Positions 21,799-30,833 of a stretch of DNA of 64,000 nt are shown piece by piece (the first letter of the stretch is position 1; each line of letters opens with the position of its first letter). The position numbers and the translations under genes are program-made. The notes below the pieces were generated by a model that saw nothing but the letters and a program-made list of their open reading frames with translations, was not told the origin of the DNA and did no database searches. This stretch comes from a bacterium (GTDB lineage: Bacteria > Fidelibacterota > Fidelibacteria > Fidelibacterales > Fidelibacteraceae). The stretch is taken from assembly GCA_963676395.1 (NCBI GenBank), contig OY781066.1:768001-832000 (forward strand), in the 5' to 3' direction.

Positions 21799-23046
21799 AT
21801 GATCCGCGAACTCGCACAAAAAACAAACGCAGCCTACCAGGCTTTTTTAGATACGGGCACACCCGAAAAGAAAAACGCTATTTTGGCCTCTATTGCCGAG
21901 GGATTGGAAGCCTCACGCAAAGACCTGAAACATTGCAATCAGAAAGATCTCAATATCGGTCGCGAAAAGCACCTGACGGAAGCCTTTCTTGATAGACTGG
22001 CGCTAAACGACAAGCGAATTGACGACATGATCCAATCGTGTCGCGAGCTTATCGACCTACCAGATCCCGTGGGTGAAATTTACGAAAGCGAAAAACGCCC
22101 TCAGGGATTTACGGTCTCTCGCATGCGCGTTCCCATTGGTGTAATAGGTATTATTTACGAAGCACGTCCTAACGTGACCATCGAAGCCGCTACCTTGTGC
22201 ATGAAATCAGGGAACGGTGTCATCCTGCGCGGCGGTTCGAACGCCTATCACAGCAATATGGCTCTGGTTAAAATCATTCAAAAAGCATTAAAAGACAATG
22301 AGGTGGATGAACATCTTATTTCCTACTTGAATACCACGGACAGGTCCGCCGTGGAGGAATTACTCCAACAGGATGACCTCGTTCACCTCATTATTCCACG
22401 TGGTGGTGAGTCGCTGATCCGCAGTGTGGTAGAAAAATCACGCATCCCCGTGCTTAAGCACTACAAAGGCGTTTGCCATGTGTATGTACATGAAAAGGCC
22501 GACCTAAACAAAGCGCTGAAGATCGCTGTCAATGCCAAGGTCCAACGCCCTGCCACCTGTAACTCTGCCGAAACCTTGCTGGTGGATGAGGCTATTGCGG
22601 CAGACTTCCTGCCCAAAGTGCTTCCAGCCCTTCAGCAAGAAGGTGTTGAGATCCGCGGATGCACAAAAACTCTTTCAATTTTTCCCAAGAATGTTTCAGC
22701 TGCGGAAAATTCGGACTATGCGGCTGAATTTTTAGACTTGATCCTCGCCGTGAAAGTCGTAAAAAATATCAATGACGCTATCAACCACATCTCAACATAT
22801 GGTTCCGGTCACACCGAAGCCATTTTGAGTGAAGATAAAACAGCTACCGCTCATTTCATTCGGAACACGGATACCGCCTCCGTTATCGTCAATGCCAGTA
22901 CAAGACTGGCGGACGGGGGCGTTTACGGTTTAGGTGCAGAGATCGGTATTTCGACAGATAGATTACATGCACGCGGTCCAATGGGCTTAAAAGAATTATG
23001 TACCTATAAATGGGTAGTAACTGGTGATGGACATATCCGCGAATAA
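21799..23046 (+). CDS. proA: Glutamate-5-semialdehyde dehydrogenase
   Basis: IYEARPNVT, CNSAETLLV, GAEIGIST...HARGPMGL; ATG 21799 with GGAG RBS. Confidence 0.97.
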   Translation: MIRELAQKTNAAYQAFLDTGTPEKKNAILASIAEGLEASRKDLKHCNQKDLNIGREKHLTEAFLDRLALNDKRIDDMIQSCRELIDLPDPVGEIYESEKRPQGFTVSRMRVPIGVIGIIYEARPNVTIEAATLCMKSGNGVILRGGSNAYHSNMALVKIIQKALKDNEVDEHLISYLNTTDRSAVEELLQQDDLVHLIIPRGGESLIRSVVEKSRIPVLKHYKGVCHVYVHEKADLNKALKIAVNAKVQRPATCNSAETLLVDEAIAADFLPKVLPALQQEGVEIRGCTKTLSIFPKNVSAAENSDYAAEFLDLILAVKVVKNINDAINHISTYGSGHTEAILSEDKTATAHFIRNTDTASVIVNASTRLADGGVYGLGAEIGISTDRLHARGPMGLKELCTYKWVVTGDGHIRE

Positions 23047-23106
23047 TAAACTCTACACCCGAAGGTCAACAGACCCTAACATATACAAAAATGTTAATCA
23101 TAAATA

Positions 23107-23131
23107 AAGGGCACAAAGTTTTGTGCCCCTA
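23107..23131. repeat. REP-like palindrome between convergent genes (possible terminator)
   Basis: GGGCACAA-agtt-TTGTGCCC; similar to the element at 47477-47503. Confidence 0.6.
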
Positions 23132-23161
23132 TTTTTTCCTTTTAACTTTTTCCCTTTTCCT

Positions 23162-24202
23162 TTAAAAGGTAAACCCCTGCGGAATGCGTCTGGCCGGGAA
23201 AGGTGTATTGAGATTAAAATATAAATTAGCGATCTCTTCACCTCGAATAGAGATCTTATATTCTTCGATAGGACGAAATTCATCCGGACCTTCCAACGTT
23301 CCGGTTCGAACATAATGAATCTTTTCACCTGATTGGGTTTTTAAAAGATCAAGATACCTTAGCACATCATCTTTGGATTTAATAGGAATTGTATTCTGGG
23401 CACTGAACCCGAAATCATCTACCAACTGATCATCGGTTTCTTTTTGTTCGCGAATTGGTCTGGCATACTGCCGGATCCTTTCATTCATCAAATCTTTTGT
23501 TTCGTTATAATTTTTATTCAAAGCCTCATAGCTCTGAGTTTGAGGTTCGCCCAATTTAGGATCCAGTCGAGCTGCATTTACCGATGATCCGCTGAGCGAT
23601 CTGGCATAGTTCATCAGTTGACCATCTGCAGAACGAGGTTCCGTATAAGTGGAAAATGAATTATTCGCATAAGGTTTTTGCTCAATATATCCGTCAAAAT
23701 TTTTAGGAGAACCATTCTGCGGCTTTACTGCAGGACGAGGTGCCTCATATTGAGGGTTGACAACTTGTTTGGGAGCTTCAGCCCGAGGTTTTGGCGTTTC
23801 CCTCACAACTGCCGGACTAGCACTTACAGCTGTACTAAAAATGGAATTATTGGTATAAGGTCTTTGTTCGATAAAACTATTAAAATCTCTGAGTTCCTGA
23901 TTTTGCGATCGAAGCGTTTGCTCCGGCCGATTATTTAAGCTTCTTGTATTGTTTCGACGTGAATTTACATATGGTGTAGCAGTCTGAGGACGATCAACAA
24001 CCAAGGTATCAAAATTCCGAGGTTTTTGAACAATATGAGGTCTTAAATGCGCAGGAGTTGAGCTATAACTCTCCTGATAATAATCCACCGCTTGTCTCGG
24101 ATTTGATCCTTTTCTATTCCGGACGATACCGCTTATAACCAGGATCGTCGAAACAAAAATAATCGTTCCGAAACCTATCAGTACTAAAAAACTAAACAGC
24201 AT
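23162..24202 (-). CDS. Hypothetical membrane-anchored protein with low-complexity linker and globular C-terminus
   Basis: N-terminal TM helix, P/Q/N-rich middle with an internal repeat, 346-aa ORF. Confidence 0.7.
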   Translation of the reverse strand: MLFSFLVLIGFGTIIFVSTILVISGIVRNRKGSNPRQAVDYYQESYSSTPAHLRPHIVQKPRNFDTLVVDRPQTATPYVNSRRNNTRSLNNRPEQTLRSQNQELRDFNSFIEQRPYTNNSIFSTAVSASPAVVRETPKPRAEAPKQVVNPQYEAPRPAVKPQNGSPKNFDGYIEQKPYANNSFSTYTEPRSADGQLMNYARSLSGSSVNAARLDPKLGEPQTQSYEALNKNYNETKDLMNERIRQYARPIREQKETDDQLVDDFGFSAQNTIPIKSKDDVLRYLDLLKTQSGEKIHYVRTGTLEGPDEFRPIEEYKISIRGEEIANLYFNLNTPFPARRIPQGFTF

Positions 24203-24610
24203 GATGTTATACCTACCCTTCTACCATAATATTGCCACCACAATATTTGATACATCATGTTAAAAAACCCGAACTGTCGTGACAGTTCCAATTTTTCTTA
24301 CCATATACACAAAGAACCCGCTCTCTTCTCTCATAGGGGCGATCTATTAAAATTCCTTTCTTAAATTTTAATTTCTACCTGCGAAATAAATTAAATTGAA
24401 AAAGTCAGATTGTAAAGGATTATTTTGATTTACAGGCGATTAGAATAAATAATATTTATTCAAACAGGAGGCGAAAATATCTCTCACCACGCGCTCATTC
24501 CATCTCAATAAAACAAATTATCCATCAATTCATATCAAGCATAAATTTTTGTGCCTCTCTCCATTTATATTATTTATATTCTCACACAAAAGACAACAAG
24601 GAATCAGAAC

Positions 24611-25597
24611 ATGAATTCAACAAAAATCAGATCAATAGGTGTATTAACTTCCGGTGGTGACGCTCCGGGCATGAATGCCGCCGTGCGTTCGGTAGTTAGA
24701 ACAGCTCTCTACAATAATTTAGAGGTTTACGGAATATACAATGGTTATCAAGGGATGCTTGATAACACCATGAAGGCAATGAGCTCCCGATCGGTCAGCA
24801 ATATCATCCAAACCGGCGGCACGATCTTAAAAACCGCCCGTTGCAAGGAATTTAGAACCTATGAAGGCCGCAAACGGGGTTACGATAACCTGAAAGCGCG
24901 TGGCATTGAAGCGCTGGTTGTCATCGGCGGTGACGGTAGCTTTGCCGGCGCCAAGGAATTTTCCACCGAGTTCGATATTCCCGTCGTGGGCATCCCCGGC
25001 ACCATTGATAACGATATCGTGGGCACGGAATACACCATCGGTTACGATACCGCCCTGAACACCGTCGTGGAAGCCGTGGACAAGATCCGCGACACCGCCT
25101 CGGCGCACAATCGTTTATTTTTTATCGAGATCATGGGCCGACATGCCGGATTTTTGACCTTGAATGGCGGCATTGCCACCGGCGCAGAAGCGATATTGGT
25201 CCCCGAGATCAAAGGCGATTTTGAGAAGCTTAAAAAATATCTGGACAATGACAATTTAAAGCACAAAAAAAGTTCGATCGTACTGGTAGCCGAAGGTGAT
25301 GAAGCCGGTGGTGCCTTCAAGATATCGAGAGAAGTCGAAAAGCTCTACCCCGAATACGATGTGCGCGTCACCATCCTGGGCCACATTCAGCGCGGAGGCT
25401 CTCCCACCGCCCGGGACCGCATCAACGCCTCTCGCATGGGAGCCGCATCGGTGCAGGCCCTGCTGTCCGGCGAAAGCGATATCATGATCGGCCTGGTGCA
25501 CGGCCAGATCGTGCATAATCTCTTTGCGGATACCAAGAGGGAAAAGCGGAAACTGAATCAGCAGTTGCTGGACTTAATGGATATTTTATCTATCTAA
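24611..25597 (+). CDS. pfkA: ATP-dependent 6-phosphofructokinase
   Basis: TSGGDAPGMNAA, GGDGS, PGTIDND, MGR and LGHIQRGG motifs; ATG 24611. Confidence 0.97.
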   Translation: MNSTKIRSIGVLTSGGDAPGMNAAVRSVVRTALYNNLEVYGIYNGYQGMLDNTMKAMSSRSVSNIIQTGGTILKTARCKEFRTYEGRKRGYDNLKARGIEALVVIGGDGSFAGAKEFSTEFDIPVVGIPGTIDNDIVGTEYTIGYDTALNTVVEAVDKIRDTASAHNRLFFIEIMGRHAGFLTLNGGIATGAEAILVPEIKGDFEKLKKYLDNDNLKHKKSSIVLVAEGDEAGGAFKISREVEKLYPEYDVRVTILGHIQRGGSPTARDRINASRMGAASVQALLSGESDIMIGLVHGQIVHNLFADTKREKRKLNQQLLDLMDILSI

Positions 25598-25622
25598 AGG
25601 CATCACACAAAGATAAAAGTAT

Positions 25623-25790
25623 AAAACCCCGAGCTAGTCGAGGGGTTAAACTAAGTAATAACCCGGGGTGAAACCCCAGGAAAAAGCACTCCCTAAAAAT
25701 ACAACCCAGTCCGTCAACTGACGGAGAGGGGTTGAACAAAATCTCCCCTTCTTTTCTTTGCCCGTCAAAGAAAAGAAGCAAAAGAAACTC
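25623..25790. repeat. Cluster of REP-like hairpins downstream of pfkA
   Basis: AACCCC..GGGGTT, CCCGGGGTGAAACCCCAGG, CCGTCAACTGACGG, and a perfect 13-bp IR CTTCTTTTCTTTG-cccgt-CAAAGAAAAGAAG (25748-25778). Confidence 0.65.
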
Positions 25791-25820
25791 GCCGCTGCAC
25801 CAGCTTTGGCTAATTACTCG

Positions 25821-26231
25821 TCACGCATTACGTCTTAAAAAATCAATGATATGATAGAGTTCGCGAGGACGATTTAAATCAACAACGATTAATTTATCAA
25901 GCTTTCCATGTTCTTCCAGCACCTGCCTATCCGCATCACGCGGCGCATCATCCAGCCAAATAAAATCCGAGTCCAGATCAATGCCCTCCGTCTTCAGTCT
26001 GCACCAATTCGTGGGCTTGATGCGCTTCAGCTTTTCCATTGTGGCCTCATCGAAATAGCGGGCCAGTAAGCGCAAGGTAAAACGTGGGTCGCCGTCTTTG
26101 CCATATGACGTGAGCCAATAACAATTAAAATGATTAACCGCAAAATCGATTAGTTCGACTGATCCGGGAGCGGGTTGGGTGTGATGAGAGGCAAGGAGGA
26201 CGCCGTCGATGTCGATGTAAAGGGATTTCAT
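25821..26231 (-). CDS. Small capless HAD-family phosphatase (RNA-repair 'Swiss Army Knife' HAD-like), copy 1
   Basis: YIDIDGVL (motif I), WLTS, K, and FIWLDD (motif IV); ATGA overlap with the ATPase stop. Confidence 0.75.
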   Translation of the reverse strand: MKSLYIDIDGVLLASHHTQPAPGSVELIDFAVNHFNCYWLTSYGKDGDPRFTLRLLARYFDEATMEKLKRIKPTNWCRLKTEGIDLDSDFIWLDDAPRDADRQVLEEHGKLDKLIVVDLNRPRELYHIIDFLRRNA

Positions 26232-27586
26232 TTTTTACTATTCACAAAATACTCAATATATTCATTTAATTTTGTTGTACAATAATAAGGCAAATTCATT
26301 AGAAAATATGGGGTACCAGCGGGTGTTGTATGTTCATCAATAGAAAACTCTCCAGCATAAAGGCGGATAGCGTAGGGATGGTTCGAAGCATCGATAAATT
26401 GATGGAGTGAACGTAATTTCCCGGCTTTACCTGATTTAATTTCTATTGGTACTAATATTGATTTGTGTTTGATCAACAAGTCCACTTCCGATGTGGTGCG
26501 ATTACTTTCTCTGACCCAGAAATTCGGTTTTTCATCTTGAAGAGCATTACAAGAAATAATTTCTTGAGTGATCATATGAGGTATTATTGACCCACGATAT
26601 TCATTAGTCAGATCAGAAAGTTTTAACATTTCAGCTTGAATACCTAAAACATAATTAACAATTCCCGTATCAAGAAATTGCATCCTTGGTGATTTAAGTT
26701 TATCTGGAACTATCGGTGGTGTTATAGATGTACTTGGATATATTAAGCGAATAACACGAGCTGTATCTAAGGTTCTAAAAGCTTCACTAACTTCTCGCGA
26801 TTTATAATTTGACCTGCCAAAATTATTAAATTTGATTCTTTGATCAATATATTGGGTGCCGATATCGATAATATGCTTTAAAACCTTCCTTTCTGTCTCA
26901 TTTGAAGCATACTTTTCAACATCAAACTTATATGTCCCCCAAATACTTTCATATATGCTGGGGAGATTGGTTAGACTTCCATCATCAAGATATTGATTTA
27001 AGATTTCCGGCATTCCACCAATAATAACAAAGCGATTATATTCATTTAATAACAATTTATGTGCTGATTCTGATATGGGTATTTCATGAATTTTGTTTAA
27101 TAATTCAATTAAGCCTTTTGCTTCTAAATATTCCAGAAAATTCATTGGATATAAATAAAGAAATTCAACTCGAGCTACCGGAAAGGTTTTTATATGTTTT
27201 AATGCAAACTCCAACGAAGAACCTGCAGCTATAACATACAGATCAGGGAATTCCTCATAAAAATACCTCAACATCTTTATTGCTTCGGGAGATTCTTGAA
27301 TTTCATCAATAAACAATAAGGTTTTATCAATATCATTAATTGAAATATTATTTCTTAAGAATAGAGATTCTATTAATACCTGAACATTATTAAAATCTAT
27401 AAAGAACCGGAAATCTTCATCTTTCTCAAGATTTAACATGATCTCATATTTAAAAGATTGGGAAAAATGATTTACTAGAGTCGTTTTACCTACTTGCCTG
27501 GCTCCACGAATAACCAGAGGCTTACGATTATTCTTGTCTTTCCAGTCTAATAAATGTTGATAAGCCTGTCTATTAAATACGTTCAT
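26228..27586 (-). CDS. AAA_14-type ATPase with C-terminal DUF4143 (PD-(D/E)xK-like) domain
   Basis: Walker A GARQVGKT, Walker B LLFIDEIQ, GGMPE, C-terminal EVDLL...PIEIK; ATG 27586 with GAGGA RBS. Confidence 0.9.
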   Translation of the reverse strand: MNVFNRQAYQHLLDWKDKNNRKPLVIRGARQVGKTTLVNHFSQSFKYEIMLNLEKDEDFRFFIDFNNVQVLIESLFLRNNISINDIDKTLLFIDEIQESPEAIKMLRYFYEEFPDLYVIAAGSSLEFALKHIKTFPVARVEFLYLYPMNFLEYLEAKGLIELLNKIHEIPISESAHKLLLNEYNRFVIIGGMPEILNQYLDDGSLTNLPSIYESIWGTYKFDVEKYASNETERKVLKHIIDIGTQYIDQRIKFNNFGRSNYKSREVSEAFRTLDTARVIRLIYPSTSITPPIVPDKLKSPRMQFLDTGIVNYVLGIQAEMLKLSDLTNEYRGSIIPHMITQEIISCNALQDEKPNFWVRESNRTTSEVDLLIKHKSILVPIEIKSGKAGKLRSLHQFIDASNHPYAIRLYAGEFSIDEHTTPAGTPYFLMNLPYYCTTKLNEYIEYFVNSKK

Positions 27587-27597
27587 ACTACATCCTC

Positions 27598-27682
27598 GTA
27601 ACATTACCTAGGTTAATCTAGTAGTATATTGTAACATTGCCTAGGTAATTTTTGAAATACTTTGTAACATTACCTAGGTAAT
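27598..27682. promoter_or_regulatory. Three direct repeats GTAACATT(A/G)CCTAGGT at 33-bp period with palindromic core; probable operator array
   Basis: Copies start at 27598, 27631 and 27664; copy 3 contains the perfect 14-bp palindrome ATTACCTAGGTAAT; directly upstream of the ATPase RBS. Confidence 0.75.
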
Positions 27683-27789
27683 ACTTTCATTTACTAGTAG
27701 TAAAACAAAACTAAATACTATGTGAATTCTAGTCTGGGTTATTGTTTGTATCAAAGGCATAAAGATTAATGTGCCTATTCATACTTATA

Positions 27790-28176
27790 CTACGTATAAG
27801 TATGATAAGACAAGGTATTTTTTCTTTGAGCCTGAAAGGCGTGAAAATGCCCTTCAACCCCTTCCCTTTTGCCTTGCGAACGCAGTGAGAGATCATCCAG
27901 CCAAACAAAATCCGAGTCCAAATCAATGCCCTCCGTCTTCAGCCTGCGCCAGGTCGTGGGCTTGATGCGTTTCAGCTTCTCCATTGTGGCCGCATCGAAA
28001 TAGCGGGCCAGCAAGCGCAAGGCAAAACGCGGGTCGCCGTCTTTGCCATATGACGTGAGCCAATAACAATCAAAATGATTGACGGCAAGGTCGATCAGTT
28101 CGACGGCTCCAGGGGCAGCAATGGAATGACTTGACCTTAAAAGGACACCGTCGATGTCAATATATAATTGCTTCAC
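27790..28176 (-). pseudogene. HAD-family phosphatase copy 2, 3' end replaced after WLDD
   Basis: 27892-28104 aligns without gaps to 25947-26159 (18 mismatches in 213 bp by hand count); the sequence beyond WLDD is unrelated and REP-like. Confidence 0.7.
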
Positions 28177-28206
28177 TTTAATCTTTTGCCTTGAATTTAG
28201 AATATT

Positions 28207-29010
28207 TTATGGCTGGTCTTGGGGAAGTGTTTCAAATTTAAATTTAGCATCATAAACAACTGTGCTGAGATAATGCAACAAGGAAATAGCTTTATTGCTG
28301 ATAGTTTCATTGTCATAGTCTACATCATCACCATGAAAAATTTCATTTCGCGTTACTAATTTTCTATCATCATCTTTAGTATGTTTTCCAAAAGCACTTT
28401 TATACTTCAAAGGTGATAGTAACATTTCAGTTACAATATCTGGGTTTATCTTTTCCAACCACATTACTGATTCAGGTCTAAATTTTCCCATAATCTTTTT
28501 ATTACTAAAAAATTTAACACCAAGTAACTTTTTTGAAACCCAGTCTATTTGAGTAAGAAACACAGGAATACTTGATATATAATCTTTTCTTTTATGAGCT
28601 TTAAATGCACTTTCAAAATACTTTTCTCTTTGGGGAAATTTCTCAATTAAATCGTTCTTAATCTTATTGGTATTTTTCTTAATGAAGCTATTCATAATGT
28701 CATCAACTTCTACTTCATTTCCAATAGTGGCATTCCCAGCTAAAAAAATGATGTCTCTAAAGCCTAATTTTTCACTAATATACCAGCCATAATCAGCGAG
28801 TTTTTGAATATATTCTGGACTTCTATTAATGATTTGATTAAGCAAGCTAACAATAAGTTCAAATATAGCACCAGCTATTTTACCGGCAGCAAGCAATAGT
28901 ATTCCAAAAACATTATTACCTTGGAAGTCATTTAAATCTTTATTTGCTTTTCTAATGCCAGATTCAAGATTACTCATATCTTTTGAAGTGATTATAACTT
29001 TATTATCCAT
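28207..29010 (-). CDS. Hypothetical protein with HEPN-like RxxxxH motif
   Basis: Helical-looking C-terminal half with 'RNEIFHG' (28330-28350) preceded by 'SSIPVFLTQID'; start overlaps the toxin stop. Confidence 0.6.
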   Translation of the reverse strand: MDNKVIITSKDMSNLESGIRKANKDLNDFQGNNVFGILLLAAGKIAGAIFELIVSLLNQIINRSPEYIQKLADYGWYISEKLGFRDIIFLAGNATIGNEVEVDDIMNSFIKKNTNKIKNDLIEKFPQREKYFESAFKAHKRKDYISSIPVFLTQIDWVSKKLLGVKFFSNKKIMGKFRPESVMWLEKINPDIVTEMLLSPLKYKSAFGKHTKDDDRKLVTRNEIFHGDDVDYDNETISNKAISLLHYLSTVVYDAKFKFETLPQDQP

Positions 29011-29377
29011 TGACGTTCTCTATCTTAAACTCTTTCACCCTCTTCCTGTCCTCATTTTCTTTATCACCCTTGAAATAAATCTCGATCAGGGTGATCTCCA
29101 TCCTCTTTGGAAAGAAAGCATAGATCAAACGGAGTCCGGTATTGTTTCCTTTGCCGGGAAATGAGCGGGAGGCAAATTTCTTTACTTTATAAAGTTGCAG
29201 GTCCTCGGTGTTACCTGCTCCTTGCATTGGTATTACGTTGTGACATATATTATAAACATGACAGAGTTCGATCGCGGATCTTTTTAAGGTTTCAAGATCT
29301 TCCGGAAGCGTTCTAAAGCGCTTTGCCAGATTCTTGAGATCTTTATCAAATTCCGGTAGACTGTTATACTTCATCAT
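29003..29377 (-). CDS. RelE/ParE-superfamily toxin
   Basis: Small basic protein: PEFDKDLKNLAKRF...YKVK...GKGNNTGLRLIYA...LIEIYFKGDKE. Confidence 0.75.
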   Translation of the reverse strand: MMKYNSLPEFDKDLKNLAKRFRTLPEDLETLKRSAIELCHVYNICHNVIPMQGAGNTEDLQLYKVKKFASRSFPGKGNNTGLRLIYAFFPKRMEITLIEIYFKGDKENEDRKRVKEFKIENVNG

Positions 29378-30137
29378 AGTTACGCTGTGAGAACTCCGGT
29401 GTGCGATAGAATACGGATTCGTAATCTATGGGTTTTTGATCTTCTGCTGTGATCCATGGTACATCCTTATGAGAATATGTTTCCATTTGCCTTGCGGTAA
29501 AATTTTTAAAGCGTTCAATATTCTTATCGATCAGATCTTTTTCCCTTGCATTAAGCAGAGAAAGATCAGCATTACGTAGGGGTATATATTTTCTTTGTGG
29601 CAGATCATGGAATTCAACACTTACTGTTTTAATGTCTTTATTTTTTTCCATTTCTTTCACGATAGTCGGAAATTCAGGAGGTGTGGGACCGTAGTGATTT
29701 TTAATATAGACCGCACCCATTAATTGCTCCTCGTATTTCTCATAGTAATCAAAATCGATGAAATAGAGCAATTTACAGAGCACAGCTTTGCCCACATTGG
29801 GACGAGCTCCGATCTCCTCCAGGATATAGAGCAGAACCTCTTTAAACTTCTCAACCCGCTTCTGAGGAACCGATATTCGAACACTTGGTTGCTCTCCTTC
29901 CGTATCATCACTGCCCTCTTCAAGTGTTACCTGAGCCTGAGGTGTCATTCTCTCCTCGATCAGGTCAGCCACCTTCATATGGTAGTGCCGCGCCAGCTTT
30001 TGCGCCTGTATCACATTCAGCGGTTGTTTGCCGCTCTCTATGGCTATGTATGTCGGCCGGGAAACACCCATGATCTTTGCGATTTGTTCCTGGGTCCCGC
30101 CGTGAGATTCACGAAGTGACTTCATGAATGAACTCAT
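29364..30137 (-). CDS. XRE-HTH plus Panacea (DUF4065/SocA-like) antitoxin
   Basis: N-terminal TQEQIAKIMGVSRPTYIAIESG HTH; KLLYFID, YGPTP and SHKDVPW DUF4065-type motifs. Confidence 0.85.
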   Translation of the reverse strand: MSSFMKSLRESHGGTQEQIAKIMGVSRPTYIAIESGKQPLNVIQAQKLARHYHMKVADLIEERMTPQAQVTLEEGSDDTEGEQPSVRISVPQKRVEKFKEVLLYILEEIGARPNVGKAVLCKLLYFIDFDYYEKYEEQLMGAVYIKNHYGPTPPEFPTIVKEMEKNKDIKTVSVEFHDLPQRKYIPLRNADLSLLNAREKDLIDKNIERFKNFTARQMETYSHKDVPWITAEDQKPIDYESVFYRTPEFSQRNYDEV

Positions 30138-30171
30138 TTTTTCTCCTCTTTGCCTTGTTTGTCGTCAGCCA

Positions 30172-30200
30172 AATATACAATATGTTATTATTATTGACAA
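30172..30200 (-). promoter_or_regulatory. Putative sigma70 promoter of the TA-led operon
   Basis: TTGTCA-N17-TATATT on the minus strand, ~35 nt upstream of ATG 30137. Confidence 0.55.
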
Positions 30201-30357
30201 GTGTTATGTTAGATATTTTTACATTTTGTGACTCGCATCACTTTTTCCAAGACAAACAATGGCTTTATCATGAATTTGACAGTTTTGTGAAATAACAATT
30301 ATTATAAGCTAGCCCCCGTAATACTATATAAGGGGCAATAAGTATAATTAATTCATT

Positions 30358-30386
30358 TTGTTATTATTCTGGTAATTTGCTATAAT
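30358..30386 (+). promoter_or_regulatory. Putative sigma70 promoter of the vsr/R-M operon
   Basis: TTGTTA-N17-TATAAT with extended -10 TG. Confidence 0.6.
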
Positions 30387-30422
30387 TGTGATGTAATTTC
30401 TGATAAATGTTTTGTGTAGCCT

Positions 30423-30833
30423 ATGGACAGAATTTCTAAAGCAAGAAGAAGTGCTAATATGAGCAGAATCAGGTCTAAAAATACTAAACCTGAATTACTC
30501 GTTAGAAAAGCTTTATGGAGCTTAGGATATAGGTACAGAATACATTATAAAGAATTGCCAGGAAAACCGGACATTGCTTTAACCAGGCTAAAGATTGCTA
30601 TTTTTGTCCACGGATGTTTCTGGCACAGGCATAAGAATTGCATCGAAGCTTCAAAGCCAAAAACAAATTCTGAGTTTTGGGAAAACAAAATACGTATGAA
30701 CATTGAAAGAGATAAGCGAAATATATCCCTAATTAAGGATTTGGGCTGGAAAGTTATTGTAGTTTGGGAATGCGAATTGAAAAATGATTTGGATATAAAT
30801 AGAAAATTGTTGGAGAGGTTAATTGATGAGTAA
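30423..30833 (+). CDS. vsr: Very short patch repair endonuclease
   Basis: RSANMSRIRSKNTKPE, LPGKPDI, FVHGCFWH and VWECE motifs. Confidence 0.95.
   Translation: MDRISKARRSANMSRIRSKNTKPELLVRKALWSLGYRYRIHYKELPGKPDIALTRLKIAIFVHGCFWHRHKNCIEASKPKTNSEFWENKIRMNIERDKRNISLIKDLGWKVIVVWECELKNDLDINRKLLERLIDE

Noticed and set aside
27598..27682. Mini-CRISPR or plasmid iteron origin
   Set aside because: Only three copies with ~14-16-bp linkers and no cas or rep gene; the position at a gene start fits an operator.
25947..28104. DGR template/variable repeat pair
   Set aside because: Only 10 of 18 differences are at coding-strand adenines of copy 1, and there is no reverse transcriptase in the window.
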